Positions 26,491 to 33,736 of a stretch of 34,244 nt of DNA are shown piece after piece. A program made the translations under genes and the position numbers. How positions within the stretch are numbered: position 1 is the first letter of the stretch; the number at the start of each line of letters is the position of its first letter. This stretch comes from Candidatus Omnitrophota bacterium. Lineage in GTDB: Bacteria; NPL-UPA2; BS750m-G34. The notes under the pieces were generated by a model, which saw only the letters and a program-made list of their open reading frames with translations, was not told the origin of the DNA and searched no databases. The stretch lies in NCBI GenBank assembly GCA_016783345.1, contig JADHWT010000002.1, positions 1-34,244 of the forward strand, given 5' to 3'.

Positions 26491-26607
26491 TCCCTTGTCG
26501 CAGAAGATGTTGAGTAAAATTTCTTCGATTTTTTACTCAACGCGACTTCGGGATTAATTCGAGCATACACTTTATGAAACATAAAGTGCGCTCTCATTAA
26601 AAGGAGG
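26491..26607 (+). promoter_or_regulatory. repeated two-hairpin leader element, copy 3 (covarying variant), ending in the STAS gene SD
   Basis: Same HP1 as copy 4. HP2 carries two compensated base-pair swaps and an AAA tip. A TATAAT at 26479-26484 ends 6 nt upstream. Confidence 0.85.
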
Positions 26608-26611
26608 TTTT

Positions 26612-26947
26612 ATGGAGATTAATTCAAGAGAAGAAAACAATGTTAGTATAATTATTCTGGAGGGAGAAGTGGATATATCTTCCACAGACCTCATCCGGGG
26701 AAAACTCAAAAAGTTGATAGACGAAAAGAAAAAAGCAATTGTTATAAATCTGGCAAATGTCCCCTATATCGACAGTTCCGGTCTGGGTGTATTCGTAGAG
26801 ACAATGCAGGAGATGGGTAAATACGGCGGAGAATTAAAATTGGCGGGGTTGACTGATGACGTCAAAAAGGTCTTTGAATTAACACGGCTCACTAATTTTT
26901 TCAGCATCTTTGCCGAAGAAAAAGAGGCCATAGCGAGTTTTAAATGA
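26612..26947 (+). CDS. STAS-domain anti-sigma-factor antagonist (RsbV/SpoIIAA-like)
   Basis: 111 aa with a phosphorylatable-serine motif YIDSSGLGVF. Confidence 0.88.
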   Translation: MEINSREENNVSIIILEGEVDISSTDLIRGKLKKLIDEKKKAIVINLANVPYIDSSGLGVFVETMQEMGKYGGELKLAGLTDDVKKVFELTRLTNFFSIFAEEKEAIASFK

Positions 26948-28644
26948 GTCCGCGTAATCCCGGTAGTAATTTAGGGGCGCGTCTTGTAGAAAAGGGTCTT
27001 ATTACTAAAGAGGCCCTTGCAAAGGCGCAAAAGGCAAGTAAAAGGGGCACCCCTTTGCAAAAGACACTGGTAGAGCAGGGTAGTATCACTGAAGAAAAGC
27101 TTATTGACTTTATGGCTAAAGAACTTAATATCCCCTGTGTAAAGATGTCTGATTATGTCATAGACCCTAAGATTGTGAAGATAGTGCCGGAAAAATTAGC
27201 GCGGCATTATACTGTCATCCCGCTTTTTAAGGTCCTGGATACCTTGACCATAGCAATGGCTGACCCATCAAATTTCTATGCGATTGAGGATATTAAAATA
27301 AAGACAAAGTGCGAGTTAAACAAGGTGCTTGCATCAGAAAAGGATATCAATAAGGCTATAGACAAATATTATGCCGCCGGAGTAGAGATTATGGAAGAGG
27401 CCATTAAGGACCTTAAGGAGATCTCCCTTGAGCAAGAGGCAAAGGAGGAAGCAAGTCCCTCCCAGCTCCAGCATGATGCAGAAGATGCGCCTATTGTGAA
27501 ATTAGTTAATTCTTTTATTGCCCAGGCCATTAATCGCCGCGCTAGTGATATCCATTTAGAACCGTATGAAAAGGATCTCCGCATACGCTACCGCATTGAC
27601 GGAGTGCTTTACGAGGTGGCTTCACCGCCCAAGAATCTACAGGGGGCACTTGTATCACGTTTAAAGATTTTATCCCAGCTCGATATCGCCGAAAGGCGTC
27701 TTCCCCAGGACGGCCGTTTCCGCATGCGCATTAAAGATAAGTCCATTGATCTTCGTCTCTCTACCCTGCCTACGATATTCGGAGAGAAGGTGGTTATGCG
27801 AATCCTTGACAAAGGAAGTCTGGCCCTGGATATGAAAGACCTTGGTATGGAAGAGAATATGCTGGCTGGTTTTGAGAAGGCGATAGCATCTCCTTATGGG
27901 ATGGTGGTTGTGACCGGCCCCACGGGAAGCGGCAAGACAACGACCCTTTATTCTGCCTTAAATAAGGTCAATTCTGTAGGGAAAAATATTATTACCGTCG
28001 AGGACCCTGTCGAATACAGGATACACGGCATCAATCAGGTCCAGGTTCAGCCAAAGATCGGCCTGACGTTTGCTGCGGGGCTGCGTTCTATTTTACGGCA
28101 GGACCCTGATATTGTTATGGTAGGAGAGGTAAGGGACCTTGAGACGGCTGAGATAGCTATCCGGGCAGCACTTACAGGGCACCTTGTGTTTACTACCTTG
28201 CATACCAATGATGCCGTCGGGACACTGGCGCGCCTCGTGGATATGGGGATTGAGCCGTTTCTGGTTGCATCTTCCGTGGTCGTAGTAATGGCTCAGAGAC
28301 TGGTCAGGAGGATCTGTCCCGATTGCAAAAAAGAATATACACCGCCTCAAGAAATGCAGAAGATTATAAAAGAAAAATTTCCTGATAAAGATATAAAATT
28401 CTATAAAGGCGTGGGGTGCAAGAATTGTAACAACACCGGGTATCGCGGTAGAGTCGGGGTGCATGAGGTCCTCTCTATAACAGATGAGATAAAAGAGATG
28501 ATTATCAACCGTAAGACCCCTGACGAGATTGAGAAGGCAGCCAGGAAACAGGGTTTTATATCCCTTAGTGAGTGCGGCTTGCTCAAGGTGGCAAACGGCA
28601 TAACTTCTTTAGAAGAAGTCCACAGCTCATTTTTTGAAGTATAA
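26944..28644 (+). CDS. type II/IV secretion system ATPase (GspE/PilB family) with an N-terminal T2SSE_N domain
   Basis: Walker A GPTGSGKTTT, Asp box, Walker B/His box (VGEVRD...GHLVFTTLHTN), and tetracysteine CPDC...CKNC. ATGA overlap with the STAS gene. Confidence 0.92.
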   Translation: MSPRNPGSNLGARLVEKGLITKEALAKAQKASKRGTPLQKTLVEQGSITEEKLIDFMAKELNIPCVKMSDYVIDPKIVKIVPEKLARHYTVIPLFKVLDTLTIAMADPSNFYAIEDIKIKTKCELNKVLASEKDINKAIDKYYAAGVEIMEEAIKDLKEISLEQEAKEEASPSQLQHDAEDAPIVKLVNSFIAQAINRRASDIHLEPYEKDLRIRYRIDGVLYEVASPPKNLQGALVSRLKILSQLDIAERRLPQDGRFRMRIKDKSIDLRLSTLPTIFGEKVVMRILDKGSLALDMKDLGMEENMLAGFEKAIASPYGMVVVTGPTGSGKTTTLYSALNKVNSVGKNIITVEDPVEYRIHGINQVQVQPKIGLTFAAGLRSILRQDPDIVMVGEVRDLETAEIAIRAALTGHLVFTTLHTNDAVGTLARLVDMGIEPFLVASSVVVVMAQRLVRRICPDCKKEYTPPQEMQKIIKEKFPDKDIKFYKGVGCKNCNNTGYRGRVGVHEVLSITDEIKEMIINRKTPDEIEKAARKQGFISLSECGLLKVANGITSLEEVHSSFFEV

Positions 28645-28675
28645 AAGAGCGTATTTCCATTTTTCCATTTTTTAT

Positions 28676-28703
28676 TTGCAAAAATAGAATTATATGTTAT
28701 AAT
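28676..28703 (+). promoter_or_regulatory. sigma70-type promoter of the ROK regulator gene
   Basis: TTGCAA (28676-28681), a 16-nt spacer, then extended -10 TGTTATAAT (TATAAT at 28698-28703). Confidence 0.55.
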
Positions 28704-28735
28704 TACTTTGTGGACAATTTCTAATAAGTTTAAAA

Positions 28736-29866
28736 ATGAGGCCTATAATTTGTGACCATGGGTTAATGCGCAGGATTAACCGTGTAAGGATCCTTAACCT
28801 GCTTCGCTTACGGGACTCACTTTCACGTATTGAACTGACCCGGGAGACCGGGCTTGACGGGAAGACTGTGACAAACCTTACCCAGGAGTTATTGGCTAAG
28901 AGGTTAATAATTTCAGATGGATATGAAACCTCAAGCGGCGGAAGGAGACCGGAATTATTAAGGCTAAATAGCAATCTAAAACATACCATCGGGATTTATC
29001 TGGACCCGGATAAAATTATCGGGGTCCTGGTTGATTTAAGAGGAAATATTCTAAAAGAAGAAATTTTTTCTTTATTTAAAATCTCCAAAAGAAAATATAT
29101 CTTGTCAGGCATTAAAAAAATTACGCAATCTCTAATAGCTTGTACCACCCGCTCCAGGCTCCTCGGCTTGGGATTTGTGTTTCCCGGGATAATCGATAGG
29201 GATAAGGAGACTATTATTCAGTCTTCAAATCTACCTGTTCTTGAAGGGATAAGGATAAAAGAGTATTTTAGAAAAAATTTTTCATTACCTATAGAGATAG
29301 AAGACTCCTCCCGGGCAATGGCATTGGGAGAGAAATGGTTTGGCAGGGCTCAAGGCATAGACAATTTCGTGTTTATAGAGCTGGGTGTAGGAATTGGCTG
29401 TGCAATACTTAGTAGAAGTCAGCTTCATTATGGGGTGAGTCTCAGTGCAGGAGAGCTCGGCCATACTGTGGTAGATATAAATGGACCCCGTTGCAGATGC
29501 GGGCATAAAGGGTGCCTTGAGACAGTAGCCTCTAGCAGGAAGATACTGGAAAAGATATCCGGAAAGGGCAGGAAGGAGGCACAGAAGATTATTGCAGATG
29601 CAGGGTATTATATTGGTGTAGGAGTGAGCAACCTTGTCAACCTCTTAAATCCTTCCCATCTTATTATAGGTGGGATAGGTGGGGAGCTAAGTCTGGTAGG
29701 AGAAACTTTATTTAAGGCTATAGATAGAGCTATGAAAAAATATACTGTATCTTCATCATATAATGCGGTTCAGGTTATCCCGGCAGCCCTTGGAGAGAAA
29801 GGAGGTGCATTAGGCGCAGCTACACTTATTTTAAAAAAGGTATTTGAGTTAAAAGAATTGGAGTAA
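28736..29866 (+). CDS. ROK family transcriptional regulator (NagC/XylR-like)
   Basis: N-terminal wHTH (RINRVRILNLLR....SRIELTRETGLDGKTVTNLTQEL). ROK zinc motif GHTVVD..GP.CRCGHKGCLE. No obvious SD, so the start is uncertain. Confidence 0.85.
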   Translation: MRPIICDHGLMRRINRVRILNLLRLRDSLSRIELTRETGLDGKTVTNLTQELLAKRLIISDGYETSSGGRRPELLRLNSNLKHTIGIYLDPDKIIGVLVDLRGNILKEEIFSLFKISKRKYILSGIKKITQSLIACTTRSRLLGLGFVFPGIIDRDKETIIQSSNLPVLEGIRIKEYFRKNFSLPIEIEDSSRAMALGEKWFGRAQGIDNFVFIELGVGIGCAILSRSQLHYGVSLSAGELGHTVVDINGPRCRCGHKGCLETVASSRKILEKISGKGRKEAQKIIADAGYYIGVGVSNLVNLLNPSHLIIGGIGGELSLVGETLFKAIDRAMKKYTVSSSYNAVQVIPAALGEKGGALGAATLILKKVFELKELE

Positions 29867-29872
29867 TGGTAG

Positions 29873-29898
29873 CCGCAGGCTTTAGCCTGCGGTAATTT
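29873..29898 (+). terminator. hairpin terminator candidate after the ROK gene
   Basis: CCGCAGGC (29873-29880), loop TTTA, GCCTGCGG (29885-29892), then TAATTT (poor T-run). Confidence 0.5.
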
Positions 29899-29907
29899 AA
29901 AGGAGTA

Positions 29908-30032
29908 TCCCTTGTCGCAGAAGATGTTGAGTAAAATTTCTTCGATTTTTTACTCAACGCGACTTCGGGATTAATTCGACCATACAATTTATGTGCACGT
30001 TGTTTCATAAATTGTGGTCTCATTAAAAGGAG
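29908..30032 (+). promoter_or_regulatory. repeated two-hairpin leader element, copy 4 (canonical), ending in the DegT gene SD
   Basis: TCCCTTGTCGCAGAAGATGTTGAGTAAAATTTCTTCGATTTTTTACTCAACGCGACTTCGGGATTAATTCGACCATACAATTTATGTGCACGTTGTTTCATAAATTGTGGTCTCATTAAAAGGAG. Confidence 0.85.
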
Positions 30033-30038
30033 AAAATA

Positions 30039-31325
30039 ATGGTAAAAGAAAAATTAGCTATAGAAGGCGGTAAGGCAGTAGGAGAAGGCGTAACCTTTCC
30101 AGGCTGGCCTAATTTTACAGATGAGATTATAAACGCAGCAATGGAACCTCTTCGCACTGGCAAGGTCAATTACTGGACAGGTAAAAACGGTCAGGAATTT
30201 GAAAAAAAATTTGCTGAATGGAATGGTTCAAAATATGCCATCTCTACAACCAATGGCACCAGTGCCCTGCATGTGGCTCTGGCAGGACTTGAGATTGGGC
30301 CAGGGGATGAAGTAATTGTTCCTTCCTATACATTTATCGCTTCATCTTTTTGTGTGCTTCAGGCAGGTGCTATTCCTGTATTCGCAGATGTGGATGACAA
30401 AAAGACCCACTGTATATCTCCCAGGGATATTGAAGCAAAGATCACTAATAAAACAAAGGCCATTATCCCGGTGCACCTTTATGGCAATGTCTGTGACATG
30501 GATGAAATATTAGCTATTGCTAAAAAACACAATCTCTATGTCATAGAAGACTGCGCTGAGACGCACGGCGGTACATATAAAGGAAAGAAGGTAGGCACTA
30601 TGGGAGATGCAGGTGCTTTTAGTTTCTGTCAGTCTAAGTCATTTACAACTGGCGGTGAAGGAGGAATGGTCACAACTGACAATGAGGAAGTAATGTGGAG
30701 GTGTAAGTCTTTCCGTGACCATGGGTACGATGTCTCCAAGCGACTTAGTCTGATGGAATTAGAAGGAAAGCTTCCATATATACATAATATAGTTGGTTTT
30801 AATTACCGCATGACTGAAATGCAGTCAGCAATAGGGATAGCAGAACTTAAGAGATTTGATTCCTGGAACTTGCCCCGCAGGCAGAAAAATGGATCTGTAC
30901 TTATAGAAGAGCTAAAGGATTGTCCTTTAGTCATTGGCCTTCCTATTCACAACCAGGACAACAAGACAAATGGTTTCTTTGTTTTTCCTATTGTTGTGGA
31001 TATTGATAAATTTAATGTAGATATTGGTAAGTTGCGTGATACAATTGATGCTGAGAAGGTTCCTGTATGGAGATGCTTCTGGCCACAGTGTTATAAAGAA
31101 AAGGCCTTTCAGGAACACAATGGCTTTGGCAGGGCAAAGTTTCCTTTTAAGTCAAAGGAGTATACAAACCCTGCTTCTGTAAAGTATAATGAGGTTCAAT
31201 GCCCGAATTCTGCATGGCTTGAGGCGCGGACATTTATAACCTTGTGCCACCCCATGCTTGAGGAGAATCATATGCGACTAATTGCCAGGGCTATCAAAAA
31301 GGTAGTTTTAGGTCTGGTGAAATAA
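30039..31325 (+). CDS. DegT/DnrJ/EryC1/StrS family PLP-dependent aminotransferase
   Basis: NGTSALHVAL, IPVHLYG, the FSFCQSKSFTTGGEGG (Schiff-base Lys) pattern, and NYRMTEMQSAIG. Confidence 0.9.
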   Translation: MVKEKLAIEGGKAVGEGVTFPGWPNFTDEIINAAMEPLRTGKVNYWTGKNGQEFEKKFAEWNGSKYAISTTNGTSALHVALAGLEIGPGDEVIVPSYTFIASSFCVLQAGAIPVFADVDDKKTHCISPRDIEAKITNKTKAIIPVHLYGNVCDMDEILAIAKKHNLYVIEDCAETHGGTYKGKKVGTMGDAGAFSFCQSKSFTTGGEGGMVTTDNEEVMWRCKSFRDHGYDVSKRLSLMELEGKLPYIHNIVGFNYRMTEMQSAIGIAELKRFDSWNLPRRQKNGSVLIEELKDCPLVIGLPIHNQDNKTNGFFVFPIVVDIDKFNVDIGKLRDTIDAEKVPVWRCFWPQCYKEKAFQEHNGFGRAKFPFKSKEYTNPASVKYNEVQCPNSAWLEARTFITLCHPMLEENHMRLIARAIKKVVLGLVK

Positions 31326-32650
31326 TGGTAAAAATAGGCATTGCCCGGATAGACATCACACCTAAAAGGCCAGTTTGTCTGGCTGGTTACTTCAATAAGA
31401 GGATATCAAATGGGGTGCTGGATAAACTATATGTTAAGGTGGTTATTCTAGAGAAAGAAAAATTCACTTTAGCAATAATTACCCTGGATCTGATAGGGCT
31501 TTCCTATGAGGATGTAGATAGGATCAGGAGACGCCTCAATAAACGCTTTGGTATTCCGACTGAACATATCATTATCTCCTGTACCCATACCCATACAGCC
31601 CCAGCCACATATTCCAGCTTTGAAGTAAAAAAAGAAAAGCAATTTATGAAAAGGCTGATTCCTCTTATTGAAGAGGCCTTTAAAAAGGCCCTCAGTACTA
31701 AAAAAGAAGCAGAGATTTATATAGCCAAGATTCGAGAGTGGAGGCTATCTTTTAACAGGCGTTATATAATGAAAGATGGATCTGTAGTTACAAATCCTCC
31801 CAGAAGGAGTCCTGAAATAGTTAAGCCGGAAGGCCCAGTTGACAATCTCATTACCAGCCTTGTTTTTATCTCTTCAGGCAAAATAATCGGCCTTTTAATA
31901 AATGCTACCAATCATGTTGATGCTACAGGTGGAAATAAGATTTCAGCTGGTTGGCCAGGCCACTTGTCTCGAGAACTCAATAAAGCCTTAAAAGGAAGAT
32001 TCCCTGTTCTGGTTCTGACTGGAACTGCTGGAAATATAAATCATTGTGATCCTAATCTTTTTAAAATCCATTGTTCTCATAGAGAGGCACAGAGACTTGG
32101 CAAGGCCTATAGCAGATATATCCTCAAGTCCTTAAAGAAAAGGGTGCTTCTAAAAGAGCCTGCGCTTTCCTGCATTTCTAAGAAATTAAATATTCCTTAT
32201 CGAAAGGTAAGTGCTATTCAAATTAAAAAGGCAAGAGACCTGTTAAAGGTTCCTTTTTTCCTGCCCTTGAATGACCTTACCTCAGAAGACCTGGCAGCAG
32301 GCAATATCGTAGTCAAGAGATTATTTGCCAAGGAGTTATTGAAATTTGTTAGTTTAAAAAAGAAAAGAGATATGCTTGATATCACTGTCTTTAAGATAGG
32401 GTCTCTGGCTCTTGTGGGTATTCCGGGTGAGCCATTTGTAGAGATTGGCCTGGCTATAAAGAATTCAAAAATTTCCCCACATATTATAGTTACAGGCAAT
32501 ACCAATGGTAGTGCTGGCTATATTCCATTAAAGAAACATTTTCAAAAAGGCGGTTACGAGACCTGCACTCATCCTTATAATCGCTTTTCTAAAGATCTGG
32601 GGGAGAGGATAATTAAAGTAACTGTTGATATGTTAAAAGAAAGGAGCTAA
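31325..32650 (+). CDS. neutral/alkaline ceramidase N-terminal-domain-like hydrolase (function unknown)
   Basis: The GIARIDITP..PV.LAGY..R...GV.D.LYVK..ILE...F.LAIITLDLIG......D.I....CTHTHTAP pattern resembles bacterial ceramidase-like proteins. Recalled from memory, not searched. Confidence 0.55.
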   Translation: MVKIGIARIDITPKRPVCLAGYFNKRISNGVLDKLYVKVVILEKEKFTLAIITLDLIGLSYEDVDRIRRRLNKRFGIPTEHIIISCTHTHTAPATYSSFEVKKEKQFMKRLIPLIEEAFKKALSTKKEAEIYIAKIREWRLSFNRRYIMKDGSVVTNPPRRSPEIVKPEGPVDNLITSLVFISSGKIIGLLINATNHVDATGGNKISAGWPGHLSRELNKALKGRFPVLVLTGTAGNINHCDPNLFKIHCSHREAQRLGKAYSRYILKSLKKRVLLKEPALSCISKKLNIPYRKVSAIQIKKARDLLKVPFFLPLNDLTSEDLAAGNIVVKRLFAKELLKFVSLKKKRDMLDITVFKIGSLALVGIPGEPFVEIGLAIKNSKISPHIIVTGNTNGSAGYIPLKKHFQKGGYETCTHPYNRFSKDLGERIIKVTVDMLKERS

Positions 32651-32652
32651 TC

Positions 32653-33693
32653 ATGGTAAAGTGGGGAGTAATTGGAGCGTGCGGCATAGCTAAGAGAAGA
32701 ACTATTCCTGAAGGGATTGTACCTGCAAAGAACGCAGAACTTGTTGCAGTTATGGATGTTGATGAGAAGGCAGTTATAGAGGCTGCTCAGAAATTTGGCG
32801 GGGTTAAATATTATACTAAAGAAGACGACCTTTTAAAAAATCCAGATGTAGATGCTGTATATATTGCTACCCCTGTCTGTCTCCATGCCTCTCAAGTAAT
32901 AAAGGCAGCTAATGCAAAAAAACATATCTTCTGTGAAAAACAGATGGCTATGACTGTTGCTGATTGCGAGAAGATGATTAAGGTATGCAAAAAAAATAAA
33001 GTAAAACTTTCCCTGGGGTATCTAATGCGCTATAACGTATATCATAAGGAGATAAAGGAGATGCTCAATAAAGGTTTGCTGGGAACGCCTGTAATGGCCA
33101 GGGCACAGCTCTCCTGCTGGTATCCAGAAATTGCTGGGGCCTGGCGCCAGGAACCAGCAAAAGGTGGAGGAGGCTCACTTATTGATATGGGCACGCATTG
33201 TATAGATCTCCTGGAGATGTTTTTTGGAAAGACAAAAGCGGTCTCCTGTTTTTTGACCAATCGCGCCTTTAAGTATCCGGTAGAAGATACTGCCATAGTA
33301 AATCTTGAGTTTCAGAATGGTGTTATTGGCATAGTAGACAACTGCTTTAGCATCCCTGATGCCTCATCTAAGAATCGGCTTGAGATATATGGGACCAAAG
33401 GTTCTATCTTGGCTGAAGGGACTATTGGACAGGCACCTGGCGGAGAGGTGAGTGCGTATCTAGAAAAAGAAGCGAAAGGATATACAGCTGAGCAGGCAAG
33501 GACAACCTCAACAGAAGAGAAGATAACCCTAACCCCTGTAAATACCTATCAGGCTGAGATAGAGGATTTTTCTTCATGTATAGAAGAAGACCGAGAGCCT
33601 TCTTTCACTGGAGAACATGGCCTCTGGAACCAAAAGATTGTTTTAGCCTGTTATGAATCTGCTCGAAAAAGAAAAGCTATAAGCGTAGGATAA
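32653..33693 (+). CDS. Gfo/Idh/MocA family NAD(P)-dependent oxidoreductase
   Basis: WGVIGACGIAKRR Rossmann start, the EKQMA (EKP-like) motif, and a C-terminal alpha/beta domain with GGGSLIDMGTHCIDL. Confidence 0.9.
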   Translation: MVKWGVIGACGIAKRRTIPEGIVPAKNAELVAVMDVDEKAVIEAAQKFGGVKYYTKEDDLLKNPDVDAVYIATPVCLHASQVIKAANAKKHIFCEKQMAMTVADCEKMIKVCKKNKVKLSLGYLMRYNVYHKEIKEMLNKGLLGTPVMARAQLSCWYPEIAGAWRQEPAKGGGGSLIDMGTHCIDLLEMFFGKTKAVSCFLTNRAFKYPVEDTAIVNLEFQNGVIGIVDNCFSIPDASSKNRLEIYGTKGSILAEGTIGQAPGGEVSAYLEKEAKGYTAEQARTTSTEEKITLTPVNTYQAEIEDFSSCIEEDREPSFTGEHGLWNQKIVLACYESARKRKAISVG

Positions 33694-33701
33694 AATTTTA
33701 T

Positions 33702-33729
33702 TTGAAAAATCCCACAATGTTGGTATAGT
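33702..33729 (+). promoter_or_regulatory. sigma70-type promoter immediately upstream of the last ORF
   Basis: TTGAAA (33702-33707), a 16-nt spacer, then extended -10 TGGTATAGT (TATAGT at 33724-33729). The ATG at 33737 is only 7 nt after the -10. Confidence 0.5.
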
Positions 33730-33736
33730 AATTTGT

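Noticed and set aside
28644-28659. A 16-nt exact repeat AAAGAGCGTATTTCCA, also found at 33964-33979.
   Set aside because: One copy is intergenic and the other lies inside the DapB-like coding region. There is no flanking similarity. My rough estimate is that a 16-mer coincidence in 34 kb of AT-biased sequence is not improbable (order 0.1-0.3).
29924-29974. A 16-codon ORF inside hairpin 1 of the leader element. It reads MLSKISSIFYSTRLRD in copies 3 and 4 and MLSKMFSTFYSTRLRD in copy 2.
   Set aside because: - There is no SD at a usable spacing; the AGAAG directly abuts the ATG.
- In copy 1 the ORF is restructured by the 30-nt deletion, and its stop is lost through the T->C change that is compensated in the helix.
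- Sequence conservation is fully explained by base pairing.
29959-29988. A sigma70-like promoter inside the leader element (GCGACT-N18-TACAAT).
   Set aside because: The -35 is weak and the spacer is 18 nt. In copy 3 the -10 becomes TACACT through a substitution that is compensated on the opposite helix arm. Selection therefore appears to act on pairing, not on the hexamer.
30039-30046. Four genes start with the identical octamer ATGGTAAA (M-V-K): 12160, 30039, 31325 and 32653. Two of them lie directly behind the leader element.
   Set aside because: The other two element-associated genes start differently (ATGTGTGA, ATGGAGAT). A-rich second and third codons are a common translation-initiation bias. 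The sample is too small to call part of the element.
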